The notes beneath the pieces are model-generated. The model was not told the origin of the DNA and ran no database searches. It saw nothing but the letters and a program-made list of their open reading frames with translations. 64,000 bases of DNA from Lepidodermella squamata. Taxonomy: Eukaryota; Animalia; Gastrotricha. Positions 37,465-49,734 of the stretch are shown piece after piece. Both the position numbers and the translations under genes were made by a program. The stretch covers positions 2,852,001-2,916,000 of the forward strand of contig JBLDXI010000004.1 in assembly GCA_047495785.1 (NCBI GenBank), read 5' to 3'. How positions within the stretch are numbered: the first letter of the stretch is position 1; every line of letters starts with the position of its first letter.

Positions 37465-38430
37465 GGCTAAATCGGCTTTGTTTGAGTTGACGTTTCGTAG
37501 CGCTGAACTCGTTCTTTGATGATCCAGCGATCGCCTCCATATTCGTCCGCTTCCATCATATCGAGTAGGAAGTCTCGTTCATTCGCATCGCTGTTGCGTA
37601 GCATCGCATACACGCCAACTGACACCGGCCCTGCCGATCCTGGCCATCAGATTTGCTTTGTATTCCGGTACGAAACCATCATAACATTGCTTGGTATAGT
37701 ACTCAGCAGGAGTCTCGGCGTAGAAGCAGAAGAATTTCGTGGTGTAGCCATGCCACGTGCATGAATCGATGAATGGGATTGCCACGTGCTCGTAGTCGTA
37801 GTAGATTGATGACGGGCAGCTTGTTGTTGAAGCAGCTTTGTTTTTGGAAATATCTGACGAAGTTGGCGTATCGATAATAACAGCGGCAAAAATTGTTTGA
37901 AAATAATCAGAAGCGCGCGTTCTAGGAGACGGCACTGGAATCGAAAACGACAGTAACCTCAGCAATTTTTTTTTAATATTTTTTGGTGTGCTATGGCGTG
38001 TAACATCCTCGTAGCATCATCCCTTGTTACTCTTTTTTTGATGAAAGCCCGTGCTGGCATTGGTAACACTTTTCCCTGGTGGATAATCTGCATATGCACA
38101 TTTTCTAGTGTGCGCGATTTGACAAAAAACGGATGACACGAGCTGGAAGCGATCTCTTTCCGCTTTTTCGCTCCATTCAAAAGTGTGTGCATATGCAAAC
38201 CATCTTTATTTCTTTGCTGCATCTTACTAAAAAAGGTGGTGATTAATTTTTCCAAGAATATTGCATCATTGCAGCAGTTATATTGCCCGTTTTTCTCTGC
38301 GGTAGTTCACTGCGATCAGGCTGGCTTTTGGAGGAGCATCTCGGCTCTTGAGAAATCCTACAAACAGAGGGCGTTCTACGATGTCTTCAAAAAGCTGCTT
38401 TTCCAGGTTTTCTCAAGCGGCTAGGGTGCC
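37465..38430 (-). pseudogene. Decayed coding sequence of unknown (likely transposon) origin
   Basis: Overlapping frameshifted ORFs 37959-38255, 37579-37965 and 37647-37889, with no recognisable domain. Confidence 0.25.
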
Positions 38431-38761
38431 CCTAAATTTTACAAAGTCTAGGGAATGATTGTTGAGGCCTCTATCACTTCTGATCAAGACGCATGAATGA
38501 AGTATGGAACGGCTTATGTGTCAATAAAAACTATCGATCGAAACAAAAAAATTTTCGGGAAGCGCGACCAAAACTGAAAAATAGCATGAGGATTTTTCGA
38601 TTTTAAAATGAGCACGCGCCGCCTCATGAAGCCATATGTTTCACGTGGCGGTGTTTTTCTGCGCTTAAGAATGTTAACATCGCTTTCATTCACTTTAAAT
38701 TATCCACGCATTTATTTTCAATTCTCAAGCGTTTTTCCATATTTCTATCTTTTGAAGAAAA

Positions 38762-41700
38762 ATGCGACAAGTTTTTGCGACATTGATATTTTACTCGGCG
38801 GCTGTTGAATGGGTGCTTTGCGGCGAATGGGCTCGCTGCTTCTCGCAATTCGATGACAGGTTCACCGATTGCCGCGAACTGCCGACCGGCTGTCAGCTAT
38901 TAAGGGAATATCAAGTTCGTTCCAGCCTTAACGAAGTGGCTTAATTTAATTTTGTTGCTGTCAAAGGTCGGAAGCAGCATTTCTGATAAAAGCAGTTGTC
39001 TGAAAGGGGTGCGATTCCATTATTTTTATTTGATTTGATTATACTAGGAAGTTATTTCAAATAGACTGCTAGGTTGTGCTACAATTATGACACTTACGCA
39101 GCGACTTGCAGGCCGGGATCACCTGGGTGTAGCAAAACAACCGAATTCATGGTTAGTCACAGGCACATATATGCCTGATTTTTTTTGTTATTTTTTAATA
39201 AGGTCCAAAGGTCGTCGTGGCCAGAAATTAGCTCATTAGAAGCGATCGTTATTTTTCTTCTGCGACCAGCAAAAAATCTCATTCATGAAAATCACGTATT
39301 TACGGAATTTACGCCGCGAATTTTATCGGTTATTTTGTTATCAATTATAATTTTTATTATCGATGGCAAATTAATTTTGTTTTCAATTATAATTTTTATT
39401 ATCGATGGCAAATTAATTTATTATTCAAAAAAAAATTTTTCCATCGAAAGTAATTATTATTCACGCTTATGCTAAACACGTCACGTGATTTTTTACGCAA
39501 ACCCGGATACCGCTAGCTTTGAAGCCGCTGCGTCCTTGTACGTCTCATGTCCGACAAGGTTTCACTTTTTTCTGAATTTATCCATTTCTGTCTTCGATAA
39601 ATTCAAGGTTGGTGCATCCTACAACGGTGCGTACCCCTTCAGAACAAATCTGGCGGCTTGTGTTAACGACTTCACCTTATTCCCGGTGATCATCTATTTG
39701 TTGAGAATGATTAGAGAATAACAAGATTGTTCCCGCAGAATCGTAAATTCGACTCGTGTGCCGCTCAGCAGTTCGTCACTTGTGTGCCCAGTGAAGTTGC
39801 CTGCCCCAGCGGGGTGAGTACAAAGTATTTATCTACAGGGTGTTCTTTTTAAAACCGAACATCCTGCCGTAGTCGCGAAAAATAAATTTGCCGGCTATTT
39901 TACAAAAATAATTTTACTAAAATAATTTTTTATCACTTTTAATATAAATTTTTAATTTTATTTTCAATTGCACGATGCCCTTGAATTTTAGCGCGCGTTG
40001 CCACGTCGACGCGTCGGTTTTTAAATTTTAGCGGTTAAAACGCCTGAAATCAGGGTTTTCGCGCCTGGTTCCTAAGGTAACCGGCAAGCGCGCGGCTCCT
40101 TTCCGCGCATCATTCAAGTCAGTTAAGCGAGCTAAATGTTTTAGCCGCGCCGTTTTTTCTTATTCGGTCTCAGTTTTCGCAATGTGGTATACCCAAAATC
40201 GGTGAAAAGAGCCTTAAATTGCGCTTCCTTGCCGTTGAAATCCACCGCTGGAATCAAAAAGACGGCGGTGCAACGTGGTTTTCTGCTGTCTTGAGGAGTC
40301 TAATGATATAACAAGCGGCCTTGAAAACTTGTCGCTCAAGTTTCAGTCCGCGGATCAGAGAAACGCACCATTTTCTGGGCGAAATGCAATGCAACTAGCT
40401 GTTTCACGATGAAAAGGGCAGTGGTATCATGTAAATAAACGGAAAGCTGGGGGAAACATGTCGAATTTACTGGCATAGATGTTGCTGATGCGGAAGACAC
40501 GTTGCCTTCCTTCATTATCCTTGATGTTCTCTCATCCTTGTGTGATACTTCGTCGTCCGCAGTGAGGCCGTAGCTAACTTCTATAGACTAATTAAAGCTG
40601 ATCTCAAAGGCGTTACCACCGTTATCATCAAAGCTGTCTCGTAGAACATGTTCATAATATCAAAAAGAAAAAATACAAGGTATTTTAGATTACGATGATT
40701 TAGCCGCTCAGTTCATTTCGTTTGCTGCTGTTCGTAACATCAGTCATGTTCCTTACTAAGGATAGTGGTTTACAAGTCAGCGTAGCTTGGTGCTTAGTAA
40801 GGACTGTCATCCTAATAGTCATAACTATGGACACTCACTCTTCACTCTACGCCGCGTCTTTTAAGGTGCACGGGTCCATCTGAGATCAGATCCTTAGATC
40901 GCTCAGTCTGAAGCGGCGAAGTCTGAGTAAGGATTGTTGAGTAAGCCATTCCTACCAAGCATACCAGTGACACCGCGTCCTTACTTGGAAGCCATCTTGC
41001 TAAGGATGTCTTGCTTAGTAAGGACATCCTTAGTAAGGAATTCCTTATAGCAAGATTGCTTTCAAGTAAAGAGAGCGCTTAGCATCTCTTTTACTCATAA
41101 ATGCATCCTTAACATCCATAGCATGGAAAATCAACATCGCTAGGCTATGAACAGCCGTTTATTTGCACCATTCAGATCAAGTTGAGTGTTTAACAAAACG
41201 TCATGTAAACTTTAACATCATTGGCAGCATCCGGCGCGCGGCGTGAGTCGTTAAGAGTGAGAATTTAGCATCATTTTCGGCGAAAAATTCAGTGGTATCA
41301 CTGGATCCCACGGAGATTTGAAAACAGCCGATGACTGAGACAACGCTTAGGACTGATAACCGAGATCTTATTCAGACATTGATCACTCGTTTGCGGCGGC
41401 GCAGGGCAGCGGCGGGAATATTCCGTGGTATGCCCGTGTCCTGTCATCCATTTCCCTGCGGTAACCGCAGTTACGGGCGGATGTAACTGTTTGTGAGACT
41501 GCGGTAACAAAGCAAGTTTAACACCACGCCAGTCTTTGTCTTTTATATGCATCCCTTTGATCTCTGATTCTACGCGTCCTGTAAGAACAGTCCAGCATTC
41601 TCGCATAGATTTTACGTTTCTTGTAATATTTTAGTGGTAAACTATTTGATTGATGTAACTTCAAGCGCAATAAATCACAATAATATAACGCGCCCCACTC

Positions 41701-44700
41701 CCGGAGAAATAGAAGAATAAGCGAAAACAAACGATTTCAAACCTTAGCCCTAATGCGGCCGCTGAAAACCAGTAGCAGCGGCTGAAATGTGTCAACGGGT
41801 AAAGTCTTTTGCAGAATTTTAACACGATTAAAGCTATATATTCACACAATGCTTAAAATTCATGCATCGACGTCATATGGCCCCATAAATCACGAAGGAT
41901 TGCGGCTACAACGCGTTGAAACGTCCTCTAACAAGGATGGTATGGTATCAGAAAGCCGACCCAGCGCTCGAGTTAGGGCGGCAACACCAGCATTTTTCTG
42001 CTTTATTGTCAAACTGACATCTTCTCTTAGCAAGTTCACTTATGTTGGCCAAAATTTAACCGCTAAATTATTTGCTACGACCAAAAATATCCCGAAAAAC
42101 CCGAAAAAACCCGAAAAATGCATGCCAAGCCACTTAAAGCGGAAAACCGCGTTGTCCAACCTAAAAGTAATGGTAACAAAGAAATATACAGTTTATTCTA
42201 CAAGAAAACCATGAGAAAGATTGTTCTTACCAGATTATTTCATGAAATGGGCTATCCTTAAGGTTTCTGATCTGACTCAATGATGACGTCTAACCAGAGT
42301 GTGTAGGGCAGACGAAAGTCGATCCTGCGCTCGAATTACGGCGGCAACACTAGCTTTTTCCTGCTTTGTCGTCATATTGATATAGTCTCCAAGCAAAATC
42401 ACCCAATTTTACCCATATCTGACCGTTGATTATTTCCCAGCATCAATAAATGTTCCGATAAACCCTAATAACTCCATTTTAACGTCTAAATGCATCCTAA
42501 GCCGTAAAACGAGAAAAGCCACGGTGACCCCCCAAAAAGACATGGTAACTAAGAAATTTACACTCTATTCTACCAGAAAACAATGAGTAACAATGCTAAT
42601 TAAGCAAAATTCATGACATGGACCATCTTGAAGATCGTTCATCTTGCCAGAGGATGAGATCTAACACAGCAGGTATGGCAGAAGGAAGTCCCTCCTGCTC
42701 ACGAGTTAGTATGGCAACACCGACTTTTTCTTGTTTCATTGTCAAAGTATTTATGTCTCCTAGTGAATTCACTCATTTGAGCCCCCATTTGACCGCTGAA
42801 TTGTTTGCTAACTTTGTAAATGTTCCGAATATCCCGAAAAACTCCATTTATCGACAGAATGCATCCATAGCAGCAGCAAGTGAAAAACCGCGGTGACCCT
42901 CCAAAAAGTAACGGTAACTAAGTAGTATTTACTCTGCTTTACAAGAAAACAATGAGAGACAGTGTTTTTGACGGGTGATTTGAAAGCATAGACCTCCTTG
43001 AAGATGGTGATAATGAGATCTATGCTCTGAAAGACCGGCTGGCTGTTAGGGCAGACGTGCTAAAAATAACCATCATCCTACAAAAACGGCTGTGGTAATC
43101 TTGTAGAGAATACATTACTGTACTTAGAAACACTGTTTCCGCAAGGCATAACCGCACTTAGGTGAAAGTTTCCGGGGTTAAACGCTTAAGATCTGCGAAA
43201 AACGGCATAAAAATGGCTTGTTTAGGCTTAGCGCATACGTCTAATTGAGCCATATTTAGAAAAAATGACGCCGGCTGCCTTATTAAATGCTTGAAATGCT
43301 ATCAGAAAAACACTAACAAAGGTGTCGTCACCGGTGATAAAATGCGGAATTACGGGGATGAAGTTGCGCGCCGGGGAACTTGCGGTGCGCGGAGCGGCTA
43401 CAACGCGAAAACGCGCGGCATCGCGCAGCACGCTTTTCCGTAGCAACAAAATTTTTATTTAAAAAAAATTATTAATATAATAAAATATAAATATTTTTAA
43501 AAGGATATTTAATTTTGTGCATAAAAATTTGCGGTAGCGCGCGATTTTCCAACGCGCGCGGCGGATGTTCGGTTTTAAAAAGAACACCCTGTATTGATCT
43601 TACTCTAAATTATCTAATAATATAGAGAAAAAATGCTATTGGTTTTGTGAGCTTGGACGCCTGCCTGAAAAGTATCAGCAGTAAGTTGATTTTCAAATGT
43701 AGAAATTTGTTTACCAACTTGTTTACTACAAAAAAAAGAAACATCGTAAAATTTCCTAATTATGCATCGAAATTATATAAATAATTTTTAGATAGGTAAA
43801 GCCATGTCATTTATTGGAATGCTCGGACCAGCGACCGATGTGTTAGCCTCACTGAGTCTTAAAATTGACAAAAACCAACCTCACGTCTCATTCACTTGTC
43901 CTATCAGGCCTCGTCAATGCTAACATGAAATTTGGTTAGGAATGGACTTATTTTTGTTTTATTCTTGAGAAATTATTTAGGACGGAACGACGAGACGCAG
44001 AGGTTTTTTCGCGCTGTAGCGTTAAATATTGCGAATTAGACACTCATATTTTTACTGTAGCTAATCCTAATAGCCTGCCGTATGGGCGCAAAAAATATTT
44101 GTCCCCGGATGTATTGTTACGTAACAGCAATTTTACAAAGTGGTCGGACGGAATGACGCGCAGGAATTCATAATTTTGAAAAACTATTTTTCGGCTTCAA
44201 ATTCTCTGAATCTTCTGGGCGAAACAGCATGATCATATTTTTACATAGTCTACCAATGAGTAAATAATGAAAAAATGCATTCGGTAAGACCTGATAGCTT
44301 ATTGTATGGTTACGCCGCATCACATTTCAATGTAGGGTCATCAGGACGGAACGACAGGACGGAACAACGCTCTGATTATCTCAGCAACCCTGAGGAATTT
44401 CAAAAAATAAATTAGATATTCTGAATGAGCGTGAAAAGTTAGGGCGGTGTGCAAATTTGCGCATGATTTGTGAGTGATTTGCGCGTGATTTCGGCATTAT
44501 CTGCGCATACGGCTCTCACCCGTGTTGAGCGCGAAGTTCATGTGCGCGCGCGCACTCACACGCACATGCACGCGCTGTTCCACTATCCCGCCTTATTTCT
44601 TCCCCATTTTGGAAGATAATCGCGCGCAAATTAGTATCCCTTTCTAACTTTTCATGCTGATTCAGAATATCTAATTTATTTTTTGAAATTCCTCAGCGTT

Positions 44701-47700
44701 GAAAAGTTAATTTTTTGTCGTTCCGTCCGTCGTTCCGTCACGTGTCGTTCCGTCCATGTGATTGCGCAACATCTATAGCATCTGACCGGAAAATTTTTCG
44801 GCCAAAATGTTGCCAACAAATATAGACGCAGCTTTACCCATCCCCGAGGCCTTTAAAAGTGCACCGCTTAGTTGAAATCGAATTAGAAACAATAATTGAT
44901 GGACGGAACGACGCGACAGTGTCAAAAAATGTAACATCACCTGGTCAAAAAATATTTTGACTACGGCATCGAGCAATGTCTCAAATTGAAGCTTACATGG
45001 TCAACAACATTTAAACATATTAATATTACATAAGCACTTTCAACTGTCGTCAAAATGTTGTTGGGAAAAATTCCATCTTTTGGCATTTCGTCAATGTCAA
45101 ATGTGTACCATTTTTGACAAGGTAAAAATCATGTTAACTGACAAAACTGACTATAGTCATATATATTTTCTGAACGCTCATGTCCAGGGCTTTCTGGAAA
45201 TATATAAATTTCTATCTAAATCGCGAATTTTTTTTCCGGTGGTCAGGTTGACAGTTACACGTTTTTACCTTTTACGTTTTTCATGAAGAAAAAACGAGAG
45301 GATTTTTATGAAGACACTCATAGAGAGAACAATGGATTTGGTATCATCGTTATTTCCCCTCAAATTAATTATTATTTTCTCTGCGAAATAGAAAACAATC
45401 ATCATAATATCGTTATCTATATCCGTGAAGACAAGCGTACATAGCTCTTTAAACTTCTTTAATTTTTGGTCCCGTAATGGGCGGATGTGTAAAAATGGCG
45501 CTTTCAATGTGCTTAAAACAGCATTCTTCATGCAATTTTCTCGCATAAAAATACGATAATGTGTCAAAATTTGGGACAGCCTTGGGGCCAGGACATCATT
45601 CGCGGCCCCAAATTTTCCCGACCAACTGGATGCCTAAATATCTCGAATGGTCAATACCACCTGAAAAATCTCAATTTAAAGGAAAAACGCAGATGAAAGC
45701 TTTGATGGTCGAAAAATCACTGATTATCGATTTTGTTCGACTATTTATTGTTTAGATTACGATGCCAAAAAATATTACGCATACTTTATTATACTACTGC
45801 TCGCCTGAATGTTTTGTTGTCCATTGGCTTTCTTGTCTGTTAATAGATGTAGTCGCTGACTCAGTGAAGCCGCACATCCGCTGCTTCAATTCAGTCACTC
45901 GAGAATTCACTGCCTGCCGATTGAGCAGCACGCGATGCATCGCCAATGAAACCGCAGAGTACTCTGCTGGTACCTATCGAAACAAAGCCAACTGCTTGTC
46001 TTGGGTAAAAGCATATTTTTCACAATTTTCAAGGTGGAAGTGAACCAAGTCGCGGTAACCCTTACTTATTGCAAAATTCTAATTGTTTCAAGGACAGGGG
46101 GTCGCTTCATGATCATTTTAAACAACATTCGGATATGAACGCTTTTGAATATTAAGGTTTAAGTAACCTTAATATATTAGGGAGTTCGAATTTTTCAATT
46201 CGAAAATTCAAAATCCAAAGTACCGTTTTTTATAGCAATTTCAGCCTTACAATACGTGAAATTCTCTCGGGCTATTCGTTGATATACTTCATAATACACA
46301 TTGGAACTATTTTTTTCTCTTTTCTCAGTTCGTTTCTCAATGTGATACGCCGAGCGGAAAGAAGTGCTACAACATTTAGCCCGGGAAGACGTTTTAGCTC
46401 AGTTACGGGCCCATCATCGTAGTTTCGTCCGATGAGCAAGCGTCGGTTGTGTAACGCTGATTTTAACGACATTTTGAACATTAATCCGCGACGGTTAGGC
46501 TAGTTTTAAGTCCCAAGTTAGATAATGTGCACAATTAACGTCTAATTTTGCCTAAAATTAAGATTCATTTTTCTGGGCTATCACAAGACTCTCTCCGCTC
46601 TCTCCGCCACATTTGTAAATTGAAATCGTACATTACCTACTTGGAAAGATTTAACCGGAGGCTAATTTGGGGTGTATTGGTACTTCCGCACAGCAAGAAA
46701 TATCTGCGCAGAAATTTTCCGCACATGTTACTTGCGCACAATGCATTCCCACTCATACTGTTTATGTAGCTGATCAATCCTTAAAATAAACAATAACGCG
46801 AAATCTTCCTTAGGACGAGAAGAGAAATAGGGGAACATTCATCAATCGTCGAGATCAATTGCTGCGTAGACGCAGCTAGTTCATCGCCACCGGCCTCAGC
46901 CTCACAATACCCGTTGTGATACTCGTCGACTGGCGTCTCATTCTCGCAAACGAGTGCGACGTCGGTCATGTTGGCCGAGCAGGCATCCAAACTCCATGAA
47001 GCCGATCTTCTCAGCGTCGAGGTCGTCCCACAGCCGTTCAGTTGTCGCTTTAAGCCGTTCGTATTTCTTGTCAGCTGGCTTTTTGCACATACGAGCGTCA
47101 ACTCTGGCCCAGTCTCGACGGGTAAAACGGACTCTTCGCGGATGAGAAGAGAAGAAAATCGTCAATGCTTATGCGAGAATTCCATCCTGATAACACACAA
47201 AATTGAGAATTTTAAGCAAAGTTTAATGGAAATTAATTTACATTCGACGATGTTGTTGGTACCAAGTCTGCTAATTGCTCATCTTGTTATTGTTTTTCTT
47301 TTCAATTCCAAGGTGCGTGGTTGTTCAACATTGGCATAATGACTGATTCTGATTGCAATGTGCCCGCGTTCGCTCTATGTGGCAATGTAAGTGAAGCTTA
47401 TTGCTATAAGCTCTGCATCTGATTTTGTTGCGCTCTGCATTTACCTAATACCTAGATACTCTATTTTTCACGAATTTTTACAATAGACATCGGCAACCAT
47501 TGAAAGAATCAACACGACTGCAAGTCGAGATGAACAGGTAAATAATTGCGCAACCCTCGGAAAAACGCTGGCCACGATCAAAGATCAGGCGACATTGAAC
47601 GATGCCTTGGCGATTATGTCTGATCCGCCGCATTTAGTCGGGGCGAAACGGCGGGACCTGGAAGCCTACCCTTGGATAACAGGAGAGCCATTCAACAGTT

Positions 47701-47883
47701 TACTGTTCAATTTAACTGGCGCAGCAGTTTATAATGAGCAATGTGAGTAAATAACTGGTCCACAGTCTGTACAAATGTTATACAAATAAATCATCTATAG
47801 GCGTTATTCTTTCCAATGGCACTCTTCAGCGATCTACATGCACATTACCGGATGGTTATGCTGGCCTGTGTGAGCATTTTTGA
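38762..47883 (+). CDS. Gene C: inverted paralog of gene B lacking the module-5 and CTLD1 5' exons (possible pseudogene or exon-skipped form)
   Basis: Exons 38762-38914, 38967-39008, 39065-39151, 39608-39685, 39739-39813, 43626-43680, 45847-46004, 47313-47386, 47487-47742, 47801-47883 match B exon for exon (e.g. CGEWARCFSQFDD, VADSVKPHIRCF). Confidence 0.75.
39836..43591. mobile_element. 3.76-kb Tc1/mariner-type element without an intact transposase, in intron 5 of gene C
   Basis: TIR cagggtgttctttttaaaaccgaacatcc at both ends with TA duplication (39834-35, 43592-93). Confidence 0.9.
41900..42960. repeat. Three diverged ~370-bp tandem units
   Basis: Anchor ggtaac(a/t)aag...agaaaac(c/a)atgag recurs at ~42172, ~42544 and ~42913. 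Confidence 0.8.
43980..44755. mobile_element. MITE with GGACGGAACGAC termini and an internal inverted repeat
   Basis: ggacggaacgac...gtcgttccgtcc; internal arms ~44390-44442 and ~44644-44696. Confidence 0.7.
46780..47165 (-). pseudogene. Possible transposase C-terminal fragment (MULE-like) inside gene C
   Basis: KKPADKKYERLKATTERLWDDLDAEKIGFMEF loosely resembles MULE transposase C-termini. Confidence 0.3.
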
Positions 47884-48261
47884 TGCTCACTGCCGATCTG
47901 ATTCGAATGTGACGATTCGAAGCAGCTACGCGAAGCCTGGATTCAACTGTCTTCATAGATTCGACTTCTTGTCCCTTTCTTGTCACTAATAATAGCTTTT
48001 ATGCCGATGTTATGTAGAACTTCTGTCTAGTTATTTCGACAATTAGGCCAATTAAGAAAAAATAAAGATAACTTGACCTGAAAACATTTGAATGAAAAAA
48101 ACCGGTTTGCTATATTTGAATCCTCATTTTAGCGGATTCCAGGTGAGGTTGTCAGTCGTCAGCAGGGCTGGGGCGTTAAACAATATGTTTGAACATACCG
48201 CAAAAATAGGTCAGAAACAGTTGAAAAAACAGAGGTTATACAGGTTGTATCGTTTTTACTG

Positions 48262-48548
48262 GCGGGGTTTGTGGTGTAATGGTGTAGTCTCTACATAGCT
48301 GCGCAAGCCCTAGAGAGCGATGTTCGATTTCCGGCGACAGCAGTCGTCGCGGAAAGAAAATGGAACTGGATGAGCGTCATCTATCATCCACTCGCTTTCG
48401 GGCCTGCGGTCCACCAAGCCGCTAAAAATTGGTACCGCTTGCGGGTAATGGGCTGGAATGCTGCGAACGCCTGGCCCCGGATCCAGCATGCATACCCCGG
48501 TATGGGTTCCAGTTTACGCTCAGGGCCTAGAAAAGGATATGAGCGTAT
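48262..48548 (+). mobile_element. tRNA-derived SINE
   Basis: A box TGGTGTAATGG, B box TGTTCGATTTCC, central gtccaccaagcc...aaattggtacc, and a 3' acgctcagggcctagaaaaggatatgagc segment typical of SINE bodies. Confidence 0.65.
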
Positions 48549-49734
48549 GTTCCGACAGGAGTGCTTCTCAAAACAGATATCTCCGTTGTTCACAGTGACT
48601 AAGCATTGTAGGGTATGGTATGAGAATTGTATGGAATTTGTAGGTCCCAGGGTCCATACAATCGAAAGACCCTGCAGGCTGACGCATTCAATTCCATGAC
48701 CATTTTTAGTGAATTGCGTAATAATTATGCGTTTTTTTAATTTTTTAAAATCATCAACTAAATTCCAGAAAAAAAACACACACACGTTATCAAACTCCCC
48801 CGCGTTTTCCCTGCCTTCGAGTTTTTACTATTCGAAAAATGGCCAATTATCTCACCGCTTAAAAATCGCGCTATTTCCCGTCATTTTGAACTCTCAATTC
48901 CAAATTAATTGTAATATTAAAAAGATTGGTTCCGATTTTTATGGTTTCGAAATTAATTAAGCTCTGTAATTAAAAGATACGGGCGCTTTCCATATTCCCC
49001 GTAACATCGTTTTCAGCAAAATCAAAATGAAGCGAATAATTTTGCCAACGGTTTGTCATCAATAACGCTGGTTCCACACGGTTCCGTCTTCGCATGAGTT
49101 GGCTCTGAAATCATGGGTAAATTGTAAATATTTCGCGATTTTTTGTCATGATTTACGGTCAAATTTGCAGAATTAAATAGAAGTAGAAATTAAAAAAAAA
49201 TAGTAATGGTGAGTCATGTGATTTATTTTTAACTAGCGAGTGTGACATAGAGCGTGGCTCGTTATATTAAGAGAGTAAGGGCCAAAAAACAGGCAATTAT
49301 TCCAAAATTTGTTGAAAATCAAGGTGAGCTCGGAAAATTCCAGGTAAAATCCTGGGGCTTCATATTTGTATTCCGCTGCTACCTGTATCATTTCATTAAT
49401 TGTTGAGCTCAACCTGGTTTTTCTAGAAATTCTGCAAAAAAGGTCCAAACTTGACGCATGTTTGAGAGTGACCTTTGGACCCATTGTTTGAGCTACTGTA
49501 AACTGAGAGATAGACCCTGAACAAAATTAATTTAGTCATGGCGATTTCCAGCCATTAAATTCAAAAAATGAATGCGAACAAATTGGAAAGAAACCCAAAA
49601 GTCGATAGTTCATAAGAATTATCGAAATTGAAAAATATTTGAAATTACTAAATACTTAGGCGAATAAATGATTTGGCATTAATTCAATTTCAAAATTTCT
49701 TTTTTAAAATTATGATAATTTCTCTATTAATTTT

